The notes: generated from the letters alone by a model not told the origin. Shown: positions 8,823-18,424, counted from the first letter of the stretch. The stretch: 36,244 nucleotides of DNA from a virus (IMGVR_UViG_3300039306_000021:1-36244); one strand, 5' to 3'. A program made the numbers and translations.

Positions 8823-10297
8823 AGCGAGATGTTGCGGTAGGTAACGCGGGCCGACTCCAGCCGGCGGCCGGTGGGCACGCTCAGGCTGATTTTCTCCCAC
8901 AAATACTTGCGGTAGCCCACCAGCTCCTTGCGGCCCGGATCCAGGCTGAGCAGATCCGCCACCCGGAACTCCATGGTGCGCTCCTCCTTGCCGGCGGCCG
9001 AGAGAAAGTCCAGCCAGGGCTTATGGCTCCGCGCGTACAGGCCCAGCTCACCACGCCAGTGCAGGGTGCTCTCTCCCACCACCTGGCCCTGAAGGTTGGT
9101 GTTCAGCGGCGAGGCCAGCGGGTAGAGCTTGCCGTCGCTGGCTGGCTGCAGACCCTGGTCGAGCAGCAACGCCAGGCCCAGCCGCGAATCATCCCCCAGC
9201 TCGAACTCCGGGCTAGCACCCTTGCTCTCCAGCATCGGTACCAGCACGTCGACGTTGCGGATGGTGTCGCGCACGGTGCCCACGTGCAGGGTCGTGGCGC
9301 TGGTACTGACTGGCTCCTTGCCGGCACCGAGTAGCAGCTTGCTCCAGCTCGTGTCGCGGGTTTTGTTCAGCTCATCGTCGAGCAGCTTCATCTCCAGCGT
9401 GTAGCCCTGGTACTGGGGTGGGAAGAGCCGGGCCTTGCCACCCTGGCGGGTCACGTAGGCTGGATCAGCCACAATGGAGCCCAGGCGTGTGATGCGCAAC
9501 TGCCGGCGCACCGGGTCGAAGCTGTAGCCCAGGCCCAGGTACTTCTGCAGGGCCACCAGAAACTCTCCCACGCTCATGTCGGGCACGTGCTGATTGAGCT
9601 GCACGGCCCCAACGTAGGTATTGAGCTTATTGACCACCTTATCCGCGGCCCGGTTGGAAACAACAATCAACTTCCGCGCTTCCGGCTCCTCCGTCCAGGG
9701 ACCGGAGAGCGAGTAGCCCACGGCCGCCAGCACCCGGCGCAGCAGCGGAATGAGGCGCGGGCACGGCACCAGCGCATGGTAGTTCAGGGCCGTATTGAAG
9801 GCATAATAGCCGGGGAAGTAGTAGTTGAGCCAGCCGATATAGTCCTTGTTGGCCGAGCCATAAAACGCCGTGTTGCGCATCATGGGCAGGGCGTAATCGG
9901 CGGCATCGTGGCGCCGCTCCAGCGGCACGGTGCCTAGCTCGAGGCTTTTGAGTGAGACGCCCTCGATGCGCGACTGCAGGTCCGCCGCATCGGCCAGAAA
10001 CTTGTACTGAAACACCTGCTTTTCTTCATCATAGGACTCATAGACCAGCGCGCCTACCCGCCAGAGCACGCCGTCGATGTAGAGCTCCGCCGGCTCCGGC
10101 GCCGGCACCTGGCCCTGGGCAGCGCGCCGGTGCGGGAAATTGAGCTTGCGCTTCGTGTCGTCTGTGCCGGCCAAGCTAAAGGGATAGGTCGTGATGCCGG
10201 GCACCGAGTTGAAGCCGAAGTAGGGATTGCCAATTTCCAGGCTCACGGTACTGCTGGCGAGCATCAGCCAGCCGGCGGCGCATTTCAGTCCGATCAT
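8819..10297 (-). CDS. Putative tail-tip/hub protein
   Basis: 492 aa in the tail operon; N-terminal L..NPYF...G..TYPFSL pattern; HVPDMSVGEFLVALQKYLGL helix typical of hub proteins. Confidence 0.55.
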   Translation of the reverse strand: MIGLKCAAGWLMLASSTVSLEIGNPYFGFNSVPGITTYPFSLAGTDDTKRKLNFPHRRAAQGQVPAPEPAELYIDGVLWRVGALVYESYDEEKQVFQYKFLADAADLQSRIEGVSLKSLELGTVPLERRHDAADYALPMMRNTAFYGSANKDYIGWLNYYFPGYYAFNTALNYHALVPCPRLIPLLRRVLAAVGYSLSGPWTEEPEARKLIVVSNRAADKVVNKLNTYVGAVQLNQHVPDMSVGEFLVALQKYLGLGYSFDPVRRQLRITRLGSIVADPAYVTRQGGKARLFPPQYQGYTLEMKLLDDELNKTRDTSWSKLLLGAGKEPVSTSATTLHVGTVRDTIRNVDVLVPMLESKGASPEFELGDDSRLGLALLLDQGLQPASDGKLYPLASPLNTNLQGQVVGESTLHWRGELGLYARSHKPWLDFLSAAGKEERTMEFRVADLLSLDPGRKELVGYRKYLWEKISLSVPTGRRLESARVTYRNISL

Positions 10298-12231
10298 GGC
10301 AGCAGCTCGTCAAGGGTGGGCAACGCCGGCACCACCATGCCGGCGGGCAGGTTGGGCAGCAGCGGCGTGAAGCTGCGCTCCCGCGGCAAGTAGAAGTCCA
10401 GCTCCAGCGTGTTGATGTACTTGCCATCCTCCACCAGCGGCACCGTTTTCGGCTTTATCACGCCCGAGAGCAGCTGGCCCTGGGCGATGAGCAATGCCTG
10501 GCGGGTGAGCAGCAGGTCCTGGTGAGCCGCCATCTCGGCGCGGGTGCGCAGGCCGCTGGCCAGCTTGAGCACGGGCCGCAGCACGCGCTCCTGCACCGAC
10601 GTATCGCCCAGCTGCGGGTCGTAGTCCCAGGGCAGGGAGAGCTCCACGTCGTCGCCACTTACTTCCAGCTCCAGGGCGGCCTCGCCGGTGGCCACGAATG
10701 TATTCATGCCACCCAGCGAGTTGGCATACAGTACATAGCGGCGCGGGCCATCCTCTTCCAGCAGCTCGTAGTGGCGCACCTCCGATGTAGTGAGCCCATC
10801 GGGCGACTCCACCCACACGTCCCATCCCACCAGCAGTTTCTCGCCTTCATCGTTCAGCCCTAGCTGCCGCCGGCCCACCGGTAGGCACAGCACTTCCCCT
10901 CGCACGAGTGGTGCCAGCAAGCTAGGCCCAGCCACCGGCGCCGAGGTGTCATCGCTATAGTAGCAGAGCACCTGCAGCTTCACGCCACTGAGCGTGCCTG
11001 GTACCAGCCAGTAGAGGAACTCGGGCTGATCGGCAAACACGGCCTTATGCACCGGCTCCCAAGTAAGGAAGGGCCGGCGGGCGGTGGCGTACTTGTTCCA
11101 GGCCTCAGAGCGAGCCTCCCGGAAGCTCAGCCCACCCAGCAGCACAAAGTGCGTGGTGGAGATGGCAATGGCATCGCGCTCCGGCGGTGTGCCGAACTTA
11201 GGCGCGTAGTGCAGATAAAACCGCTTGTACTGGCTGCTGGCCCGCACAATCCCCTTCTGCCCCAACTCGGGCACAAATTGGCGCAGGTAGGGCGAGAGCA
11301 GCTCCTGCACCTCGAACACGGTGCGGCCCTCACGGTCGGCCGGCTGCTCCAGCACGGTGGCCACCTGGGTGAAGTCGCCGGAGCCATTCACCTCCTCCAC
11401 AAACACCTCACAGACGAAGCTCAGATTGGGCATCGTCGTAGGGTCAGCGCGGTACTCGTCGCCAGCGTCCAGGGCCTGGGTGATGGCGTTACGCGAGAAA
11501 TACAGCTTATAGGCCTCGTAGTCCAGATTGACCGTCTGGGTGCAGCCGACAGCATCGGTTACAACGCACGAAAACGCAGAGCCCGGCGCGATATCGTCGC
11601 GGTGGTCCAGCGTCGAGTTATCGTCCCACAGGTACGTGTAGGGTGCCATGCCGCCGATCACCACCAACGTTACGGTGCTACCCTGCTGCTGCACGTCGAC
11701 GTTAATGCGCGGGTTTTGGTCGGCCTTCAGCGAAACCGTAGCCTTAGCTCCAGTGGGCACATCATAGACCGTTGCGCTGTAGGTGCCAACGGGCACCAGG
11801 CCCCGCTCCTGCTCCGTTGGCCCATCGGACCAGGCAAAGGTGAACGGCCCAGGCAGCGTACCACCGACTTGCAAATCCAGCTCCCCGGAACTGGAGCCAA
11901 AGCAAATGGCAGTAATCAGCTCCAGGGTCAGCTCCAGCGTGTTGACGCCTTCAAAGCCATCATAGAAATACGCCGTAATAGTGCCAGGGCCTGGCACCTC
12001 GTGCACCACTTCATCTAATGGTTTGTAGTAATCTTCAGGAGGATTGGAGTCGCCTCCAGCACTAAAATCTTGATTGTAGGTCCCATAGGGATAGGCATAC
12101 ACCACTTTCAGCGTCTCCGTGTTGAAGTGCCAGGCGTTGGAACGGTAGTAGTAGCCATAGGACCCCTGGCCATTACGGTCGCCATACTCCCCTTCCTGGG
12201 CCCAGTTCTCGCGTAGTAAGATCAGGGCCAT
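10294..12231 (-). CDS. Minor tail protein with SprB-like repeats
   Basis: CFGSSSGELDLQVGGT..PFTFAWSDG...GTY.ATVYD and GGMAPYTYLW...VVTDAVGCT repeats; C-terminal YANSLGGMNTF phage tail motif. Confidence 0.65.
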   Translation of the reverse strand: MALILLRENWAQEGEYGDRNGQGSYGYYYRSNAWHFNTETLKVVYAYPYGTYNQDFSAGGDSNPPEDYYKPLDEVVHEVPGPGTITAYFYDGFEGVNTLELTLELITAICFGSSSGELDLQVGGTLPGPFTFAWSDGPTEQERGLVPVGTYSATVYDVPTGAKATVSLKADQNPRINVDVQQQGSTVTLVVIGGMAPYTYLWDDNSTLDHRDDIAPGSAFSCVVTDAVGCTQTVNLDYEAYKLYFSRNAITQALDAGDEYRADPTTMPNLSFVCEVFVEEVNGSGDFTQVATVLEQPADREGRTVFEVQELLSPYLRQFVPELGQKGIVRASSQYKRFYLHYAPKFGTPPERDAIAISTTHFVLLGGLSFREARSEAWNKYATARRPFLTWEPVHKAVFADQPEFLYWLVPGTLSGVKLQVLCYYSDDTSAPVAGPSLLAPLVRGEVLCLPVGRRQLGLNDEGEKLLVGWDVWVESPDGLTTSEVRHYELLEEDGPRRYVLYANSLGGMNTFVATGEAALELEVSGDDVELSLPWDYDPQLGDTSVQERVLRPVLKLASGLRTRAEMAAHQDLLLTRQALLIAQGQLLSGVIKPKTVPLVEDGKYINTLELDFYLPRERSFTPLLPNLPAGMVVPALPTLDELLP

Positions 12232-12234
12232 AGC

Positions 12235-12780
12235 TTAAGCAGAAAAAACGGCCGCATTGTAGGCCAGGACCACATTGGCCGGGTTGATAAAGTCGAAGTC
12301 GAAGCGGGTGCCGTACCAGGTACCGTCACCGAGTGGGCCGATGGTGTCGCTGGTAATGGACTTCTCGTCAAGGCGCACCTTGGCCTGGCCGGCCAGCATG
12401 TGCAGCAGGGCGCCCAGGATCTGCTCGCCCGTTTCCTCGGTGGCATCGATAGCGGCCTCGATAGCATCTTGGTCCTTGGCATTGGCTACTTTCTCAAACA
12501 CGTAGTAAGCCCCCGACCGGCGGCGCTGCTTGTTGTCGCCACCATTGTCGAGGTACTGGGTGTGGCAGCTTTCCACCACGAGCATCTGCGAAGTGGAGCC
12601 TGGTTGGTAGTAGCGGCCCAGCTGGGCCTCGGCCATTTCGGCCAAGTCGACTTGCTTTTGGAAGGGGTCAATGCTGACGATGACGCGGGCAAAGCGGCGC
12701 ACCTGAGGCGAGTGCTGTATGCGCTGGTGGCGCGTGGCCAGCTCGCGCAGCACGGCGATATAGTGGGAGTGACGAAGCAT
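12235..12780 (-). CDS. Phage structural protein, possible tail terminator
   Basis: Start moved to ATG 12780 (TAATG overlap); 181 aa; ends in a G..WYGTRFDFDF beta motif. Confidence 0.5.
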   Translation of the reverse strand: MLRHSHYIAVLRELATRHQRIQHSPQVRRFARVIVSIDPFQKQVDLAEMAEAQLGRYYQPGSTSQMLVVESCHTQYLDNGGDNKQRRRSGAYYVFEKVANAKDQDAIEAAIDATEETGEQILGALLHMLAGQAKVRLDEKSITSDTIGPLGDGTWYGTRFDFDFINPANVVLAYNAAVFSA

Positions 12781-13601
12781 TAGCGGGAAGTGGTAGTGGC
12801 AGGTTGTAGGCGCTGGGCCTCGCGGGCCAGGTCGCAGAGTTCGGCCAGCACCGTGCGCACGGGCTGGCGGGAGGTTTGCTCCAGCGGACCGAACGTGTCG
12901 CCCGAGAGGCTGCGCAGCACCCGGCCCCAGTCGCCTGTTGCGTGGCGCTTGGCGTCGCGCTCGGAAGCCTCGAAAACTTCCGAGTAGTCCGCCTGCAACT
13001 GGGCGCGGCAGCCGCGGTACCAAGTCACGATGCTGAGTTTATCCACGTCGGGCAGCCAGCGCAGCATGTGGGCGTAGTGCTCCAGGTTGTGCTCATTGAA
13101 GGGCACGCGCCGGTCGCCGCTCCAGTCCGGGTCGCCGGGCTGCGGTCCCTTTATGCGGGCTGGGCGGTAGAGGGCGGCAAGTAACAGGTGCAGGGCCTCA
13201 GCCGATTGGTGCTTCGCGTAGGCGCAGAAGTAGGTATCGGCGAAGATGAACTCCCCGAAGCTCACGCTGGCCAGGTTATTACCAGGGCCCGTCCAGCGGC
13301 GCTTCTTGCGGTCGACTTGGGCGGGCAAGCCTAGCTCGGGCAGCAGCTGCCGGGTCAGCCGGTGCTGCTCCGAAAACAGAAAGTCAGTGAGGCAGTAGAG
13401 CCGTTTCACTTGCAGCTCGGTTAGCTCAAGAAGCACGTCCAAGGGCGCGCCACTGACGATACTCAGCAGCCGCAGCCGGGCCGGCCAGAAGTGCTCCGGC
13501 CCGTGGAGCACGCCCAGCACCTCGGCCAGCTGCCGGCGGGTAAGCTCATCCCAGCTGCTGGCCGGCGCATAGCTTGTGCCCCAGATTTCGAGTCGTTCCA
13601 T
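12780..13601 (-). CDS. Phage hypothetical protein (first gene of the tail operon; possible assembly factor)
   Basis: 273-aa ORF with good codon bias, directly behind promoter copy P1. Confidence 0.7.
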   Translation of the reverse strand: MERLEIWGTSYAPASSWDELTRRQLAEVLGVLHGPEHFWPARLRLLSIVSGAPLDVLLELTELQVKRLYCLTDFLFSEQHRLTRQLLPELGLPAQVDRKKRRWTGPGNNLASVSFGEFIFADTYFCAYAKHQSAEALHLLLAALYRPARIKGPQPGDPDWSGDRRVPFNEHNLEHYAHMLRWLPDVDKLSIVTWYRGCRAQLQADYSEVFEASERDAKRHATGDWGRVLRSLSGDTFGPLEQTSRQPVRTVLAELCDLAREAQRLQPATTTSR

Positions 13602-13605
13602 GGAG

Positions 13606-13640
13606 CAAAACTGCCGCAGGCTGCCTCGGGTGAAAAGGAC
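13606..13640 (-). promoter_or_regulatory. Late promoter copy P1
   Basis: GTCCTTTT-19 nt-CAGTTTTG, 4 nt before the ATG at 13601. Confidence 0.75.
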
Positions 13641-13642
13641 AC

Positions 13643-13672
13643 AAAAAAGCCCCAGCTGCCGGGCCGGGGCTT
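13643..13672 (-). terminator. Intrinsic terminator abutting P1
   Basis: AAGCCCC/GGGGCTT stem with T6 on the minus strand. Confidence 0.7.
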
Positions 13673-13694
13673 CGTGGATTCTGTAATAGCCGGA

Positions 13695-13985
13695 CTAGTC
13701 CTGCTTGCCTAGTTCTTTCTCCAGGCTCGCGATGATCTGCAGGAGTTGCAGCTCCGTTGTGCTCAGGGGCGTCAACGGAAATATGTCATACGCCCCCAGG
13801 ATCTCGAACGCCTCTGACTGGCCCACATAGGCCGGCACTACTTTGGGCAGGCGCGCTGGCTTCTCTTCCGGCGCCTGCTCATGGTCTAGCCCCTGTAAGT
13901 AGCGGAAGCCATCCCCTGTCCCATTGGGATCGGGATCCGGTCGACGACCGAAGCCAATCGGGACCTTTTCGTTGCTTTTTGCCAT
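13695..13985 (-). CDS. Small hypothetical protein (96 aa)
   Basis: Likely start MAKSNEKVPIGF at 13985, just after the spanin-like gene. Confidence 0.55.
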   Translation of the reverse strand: MAKSNEKVPIGFGRRPDPDPNGTGDGFRYLQGLDHEQAPEEKPARLPKVVPAYVGQSEAFEILGAYDIFPLTPLSTTELQLLQIIASLEKELGKQD

Positions 13986-13998
13986 CGGATTGCGGCCT

Positions 13999-14412
13999 TT
14001 ACGTACGCCAGGGCTTAAGCCAGCACACCAGACCCACAATACCCAGGAGCACCACACTCGTGGTGAGTTGCCGTCCAGTCATACCCTGGTGCACGGTTGC
14101 CTCACTGTGGTCGTCGGTGTTGCCCACATTTTTGAGTTTTACCTTGCCGGCAGCTGGTGCCCCAACGTTGGCTAGGGCCTTGGTTTGGGCGTTGGTCCAC
14201 TTCTCACGCTGCCTGGGCGTGGCCTGCGCCGGCGGCGGTACCAGGTACGCCGGCAACTCGGCCTGCTGTTGCAGCTCCTCGAGGGGAGTCGGCTGCAACA
14301 GCGCTGGCACGGCATAACGCTCAGTGGTGCAGGCAGCACAACACAGCCACATGGTGCCCAGCACAACGGCTATCAGCATCCAGTCCCGGAATTTTAAGTT
14401 GAGCTGCTTCAT
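13999..14412 (-). CDS. Putative unimolecular spanin
   Basis: ATGA overlap with the lysozyme stop; N-terminal hydrophobic signal ending CAA-C, plus C-terminal TM segment VVLLGIVGLVCWL followed by KPWRT. Confidence 0.55.
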   Translation of the reverse strand: MKQLNLKFRDWMLIAVVLGTMWLCCAACTTERYAVPALLQPTPLEELQQQAELPAYLVPPPAQATPRQREKWTNAQTKALANVGAPAAGKVKLKNVGNTDDHSEATVHQGMTGRQLTTSVVLLGIVGLVCWLKPWRT

Positions 14413-14858
14413 GCTTTCAGGTAGAGGGCAGCCTCCCGGCCGCGGCGAGCCTCGATAGCTGGATTGGGCTGGCCATTCACGTTGCGCCACAGCTTGAAGG
14501 CCTTGGTAATAGCGGCGGCGTCGGTGCTGCCGGCATTCACCAGCCTCAGCAGACTGGACTTGACCAGGGCGCCTTCGCCCAGGTTGAAGGCAAAGGAGAC
14601 CAGGGCATTGAACTTGCTCTGGCTAATGGGCCGGGTTACCGCCCGGTTCACAGCTGCTTCGAAGCGGGCCAGGTCCCGGGTGAGCAGCGCTTGGCTCTGC
14701 TCCCGGGTAATGGTTTGCCCAGCCTTCACGTCGGCGCCGGTGTGGCCGACGCCAATGGTGAGCACGCCGGCGGCGCACTTGTAGGTTCTGAGTACTTCGC
14801 CTTCTTCTTTGGTGATGAAGGCACGCCCTGCGGCGTCGGTTGTTAGGTTTTCGCTCAT
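14409..14858 (-). CDS. Endolysin, GH24 lysozyme
   Basis: EG....Y.CAAGV.TIGVGHT catalytic motif, FNALVSFAFNLG, RR.REAALY. Confidence 0.95.
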   Translation of the reverse strand: MSENLTTDAAGRAFITKEEGEVLRTYKCAAGVLTIGVGHTGADVKAGQTITREQSQALLTRDLARFEAAVNRAVTRPISQSKFNALVSFAFNLGEGALVKSSLLRLVNAGSTDAAAITKAFKLWRNVNGQPNPAIEARRGREAALYLKA

Positions 14859-14879
14859 ACGGCGGGGGGTATGGCCACC

Positions 14880-15377
14880 TTAAGCAGGGGCCGGTTCAAC
14901 AGATGCTTCAGGTGCTGGTGGCAGCTCTTCAGGAGGAGTTTTGCTGCGGAACTGGCCGGTTTCTTCCCAGTCCGTCATGCCCCTGCGCAGAAACTTGGGC
15001 AGCGGCAGGCCCGAGCCGCCCAGGCCACGCAGATTCTCATCAATGCTCTTGGTCTCGATGATCAGGATGAAGAGGTAAATGGTGAATTTGACGCCCAGCG
15101 ACATGTAGTCCGACCAGGGCACGCGGCTCCCATCAATTTCAAATTCGCTGAACACGTGGGCCACAATAATGCCCACCCCGTAGTCACGCAGCTTGGTGAA
15201 CATCTGGCGCATGCCGCGGCTGTGAAAGCGTCCCTGCTTGAAGCTGCGGGCCATACCCAGCATGGTATCGATCAGGAACAGCACCATCAGGAAGGCCAGG
15301 CCGTTCCAGTCCTTGAACACGTACTTTTGAAACACCTGGGCAGCCGTTTCCAGCACTGACAACAGTAGTAAAAGCAT
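14880..15377 (-). CDS. Holin (phage holin 4-like)
   Basis: Several TM segments, IDTMLG and E..SIDENL..LG..LP..L motifs, adjacent to the lysozyme. Confidence 0.85.
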   Translation of the reverse strand: MLLLLLSVLETAAQVFQKYVFKDWNGLAFLMVLFLIDTMLGMARSFKQGRFHSRGMRQMFTKLRDYGVGIIVAHVFSEFEIDGSRVPWSDYMSLGVKFTIYLFILIIETKSIDENLRGLGGSGLPLPKFLRRGMTDWEETGQFRSKTPPEELPPAPEASVEPAPA

Positions 15378-16396
15378 CAGATAAAACGGTAGAGGCGGCT
15401 TTCCGCGGTATTAAGAACTGGGGCCGGCGTCGAGGGCGCGCGGTATGGCCCGGTGGTGAAGTAGGTGGCGTACCGGGTGGCCGAGGCACTGCGGTTGAGG
15501 AAGGAGCGCATCTTCTCGAGCAGGATATCGGCCGTGCGCTGCGAGTTGAACCCACGAGCCTGGAGCAGCGAGTCCAGGCCGGCGTCGGCTTCCTTGGAGT
15601 TGTCGGTATCGATGCGCGCGACCCGCAGCTCAATGCCGTCGCCCGTGAGGCGCAGGCCTAGTTCCGGGATGGCTTTGGCCAAGGTGCAGGCCGCCAGGGC
15701 CGGGCGGATAAAGTCCTCCAGCAGTTGCTCATTTTCGGCCGTCAGCGAGCGGGTGCGTACCTGCTCGCGCAGCTCACTCAGGAAGTCGTAGCCTAGCTGG
15801 GGCTCCAGAATAAAGAGCTCCTGGGTGCGCAGCAGTGGCCGCAGGGCCTCGAACACTTCCCACGAGTCCTGAATGTTCTCAAACCGTGAAAACTCGGTGG
15901 CCGATACCAGCAGCTGCCGGCGGTGGTGCTGGCCTGGGCCGGCGGCCCAGGCCTTCAGCTCATCGGACTTTTCCCGATTCGCCTCCAGCCAGTGCAGCAG
16001 CGTGTTCAGGGCCAGGTAGCCTTTCCGCATGAGGGCGCGGTCTAGGCCCGTAGTCTGCCACTGGAATGCCGTTTTAGTAGTAGTAGTGGTCGTAATGTGT
16101 ACGCCGGTATCGTCCAGGCTTACCTGCAGCTCCTGCAGCGAGCCGGCGATACTCAGCCGGGCCAAGGCGCCTTGCACTTTATGCACCAGCTCTCCGGCCA
16201 GCGAGTCGTCGTCGGCCGTTACGCCCGCTTCGTACTGCGCATCCAGCCAGTGCAGCAGCGGTGCCCCGAGTAGCGGCAGCAGCAGCAGCTCCCGCAGGCG
16301 CTCCTCCTCGTGGTGCACGGGCTTAGGCACCTGAGTAAAATCGACGCGCACGAAGCGCGCCAGCTCGTTACTTGTCTTAAGTAGCGTTAGCATCAT
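15377..16396 (-). CDS. Putative head-tail adaptor (DUF6712-like)
   Basis: Follows the portal; two internally similar halves (LLPLLGAPL / LEPQLGYDFL) and an AFQWQ motif. Confidence 0.6.
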   Translation of the reverse strand: MMLTLLKTSNELARFVRVDFTQVPKPVHHEEERLRELLLLPLLGAPLLHWLDAQYEAGVTADDDSLAGELVHKVQGALARLSIAGSLQELQVSLDDTGVHITTTTTTKTAFQWQTTGLDRALMRKGYLALNTLLHWLEANREKSDELKAWAAGPGQHHRRQLLVSATEFSRFENIQDSWEVFEALRPLLRTQELFILEPQLGYDFLSELREQVRTRSLTAENEQLLEDFIRPALAACTLAKAIPELGLRLTGDGIELRVARIDTDNSKEADAGLDSLLQARGFNSQRTADILLEKMRSFLNRSASATRYATYFTTGPYRAPSTPAPVLNTAESRLYRFI

Positions 16397-17768
16397 CAGC
16401 AGTGCCGCCGGTGGCGGTTGAGGTGTTGGAATCAGACACGTCGGCGGTCTGGGCCAGCGGGTTGAGAAAGCGAAACTCCAGATCGGCGGGCCAGCCGTTG
16501 TAGTCGCGCACCAGGTAGAGCGGCTCTAGAATCAGGTCCTGGTGGAAGCGGTGGGTTGAGATGAAGTTGTTGAAGGCGATGCGCTTATCGCTACCGCTGC
16601 CGGCCCCCATGCCCTTGCCGGGCGAGATACCTACCAGGGTGGGGTCCACGCTTAGGGCAGTATAGATGTGGCTGCTGGCCTCCTGCGAGTCTTCGATGTG
16701 CAGGCCGCTCTTCACTTTATCATCGATGGCCGTCACCTTAAAGGCCGACACCGTGTCGCCGGTGCGCGGGTCCGTCACGGCAACTGACAGAATCGACTTG
16801 CCCGCGCCAGCGGCGCCGGTCATGGTCTTTTCGAAGTCGGCCAGCTCGTCGCTGATAATCTGCCGGCGCTGCTCGGTAGTTTTCGTGTCCCAGTCGGGGT
16901 ACTTCCACTTCCAGTAGCGCTCATCGGTTTCAATGAGGTACTTGATGCTGAGCTGGTTTTTGAACATGGCGGCCTTGAACTCGGGAATGGCCTGGGCCAC
17001 GTCGAGCCAGCCCGAGCGCCGGATACTGTTCCAGCTGGCGAGTTGGTAGAGGGCCTTACCAGGCGAGGGCAGCGCCAGCGGATAGATGTACTTGAAGCCG
17101 CGGGTGTCGGCGCGCAGCGCCTCCACCGGCTCATAATAGGGATCCAGCACCGGCACGGAGGTCGTGTACTCATCACCCGGCTTGGCCTCCGGCCAGTTGG
17201 CGGAGATGTGCACCCAGTCGGGCACGGGCTGGTGGGCTTTGGGTACCGAGTAGCGGCAGAAGGCCGTGTCCTGGGTGGTGAGCGTGGTGATCTTCTGCTT
17301 GTTCAGGGACTGAATCAGCTCGGGGTAGCTCTGCGCGTAGGTGAACAGGTTCTGCAGGCCCTCGTAGGCGTAGCGCGGGATGTTGCTGCGGCGGAAAAAC
17401 GTTTCCACATCGGGCAACCGCTCGCGCTCAAAGATTTCATTGCCGGCCTTATCAAAACCCGTAATGCGCCCGTAGACCACGCCCCCACCGTACACGGCCC
17501 GCGTTTTCCACTCCAGCACGCTGGGCAGAATCGTATTCGACTCCAGGGACTTGAGTACCAGCTGCGGAAAGTCGTTGCTCTCGCCCCACAGGGCAACATC
17601 ACCCGACTGCCCTTTCTCGACCGGTGAGGAGGGCGTGGCCCCGTCCTGAGTGGCGGAGCTGCCGGCACTGCCGGCGGCCGCGCCGAAGCGCAGGACGGAG
17701 CCGGCCAGCGCACCCGCAGAAGACCAATACGCCGTGTTGCCGGCGCTGCTGAATAGAAGTTGTTGCAT
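16377..17768 (-). CDS. Portal protein
   Basis: 463 aa; WGESNDFP start, ALSVDPTLVG and SGSDKR motifs of Bacteroidota phage portals; follows the terminase. Confidence 0.8.
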   Translation of the reverse strand: MQQLLFSSAGNTAYWSSAGALAGSVLRFGAAAGSAGSSATQDGATPSSPVEKGQSGDVALWGESNDFPQLVLKSLESNTILPSVLEWKTRAVYGGGVVYGRITGFDKAGNEIFERERLPDVETFFRRSNIPRYAYEGLQNLFTYAQSYPELIQSLNKQKITTLTTQDTAFCRYSVPKAHQPVPDWVHISANWPEAKPGDEYTTSVPVLDPYYEPVEALRADTRGFKYIYPLALPSPGKALYQLASWNSIRRSGWLDVAQAIPEFKAAMFKNQLSIKYLIETDERYWKWKYPDWDTKTTEQRRQIISDELADFEKTMTGAAGAGKSILSVAVTDPRTGDTVSAFKVTAIDDKVKSGLHIEDSQEASSHIYTALSVDPTLVGISPGKGMGAGSGSDKRIAFNNFISTHRFHQDLILEPLYLVRDYNGWPADLEFRFLNPLAQTADVSDSNTSTATGGTADDANAT

Positions 17769-18100
17769 TAAAGTACTGCTCTGCCTTGCACTTCGACAAT
17801 GAGATAGATGTGGACCTTCACCAGCTTGCCCGTTTGCGTATCGACCAGATTGCGGGTGGCATTCTTGTAATGGCAGGCGCGCTTTCGCTTGGGCGGGGCA
17901 GCGGCCGGGCCGGTGGGCACGAGTGCCGCAGCCGCGGTGGCCTGACGCTTGCCACTGCCGAGGCGGGCAGCCTTCAGCTCGCGAAACTCGCCACCCGTAT
18001 CACGGCGCCTATCGTAGGTCACAAAGCGCACGGATACCGGCGCCGGGCCTTCCAGCAAAGCCAGTGCATCCTTTAGGCGTAGGGGTTCGGGTGTTGACAT
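17768..18100 (-). CDS. Small basic phage protein upstream of the portal
   Basis: 110 aa behind promoter P2; H..N.TRN and KVHIYLI motifs. Confidence 0.7.
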   Translation of the reverse strand: MSTPEPLRLKDALALLEGPAPVSVRFVTYDRRRDTGGEFRELKAARLGSGKRQATAAAALVPTGPAAAPPKRKRACHYKNATRNLVDTQTGKLVKVHIYLIVEVQGRAVL

Positions 18101-18108
18101 TGTGAAAG

Positions 18109-18143
18109 CAAAGCTGCCCTCCTACACGCCCCTTGAAAAGGAC
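18109..18143 (-). promoter_or_regulatory. Late promoter copy P2
   Basis: GTCCTTTT-19 nt-CAGCTTTG, 8 nt before the ATG at 18100. Confidence 0.75.
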
Positions 18144-18366
18144 AGAAAACCGGCCTGAGTGGCCCTAAAACCTACAAAAAGCCAATCTCACCGGGTATAG
18201 CCCTCACGCGCTGCAAACAGCGGTTTTGGGCCTTTTGAGCGTTTTGCAGTCTCACCAGTCTAGCGCGATGCCCCGGCTTGCACTGTCGGCTGCCGGCAGC
18301 TGCCGATGGCTGCCTCGGTGATATCTGTGGAGGCCGGTGTATGTGACTCTCATGTGACGCATGACA

Positions 18367-18401
18367 CAAAAAAGCCCCAACGCTGACTGCGTTGGGGCTT
18401 T
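18367..18401 (-). terminator. Intrinsic terminator after terL
   Basis: AAAGCCCCAACGC/GCGTTGGGGCTTT perfect stem with a T tract. Confidence 0.85.
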
Positions 18402-18424
18402 ACTTATGTGACGGTACTGTGACT

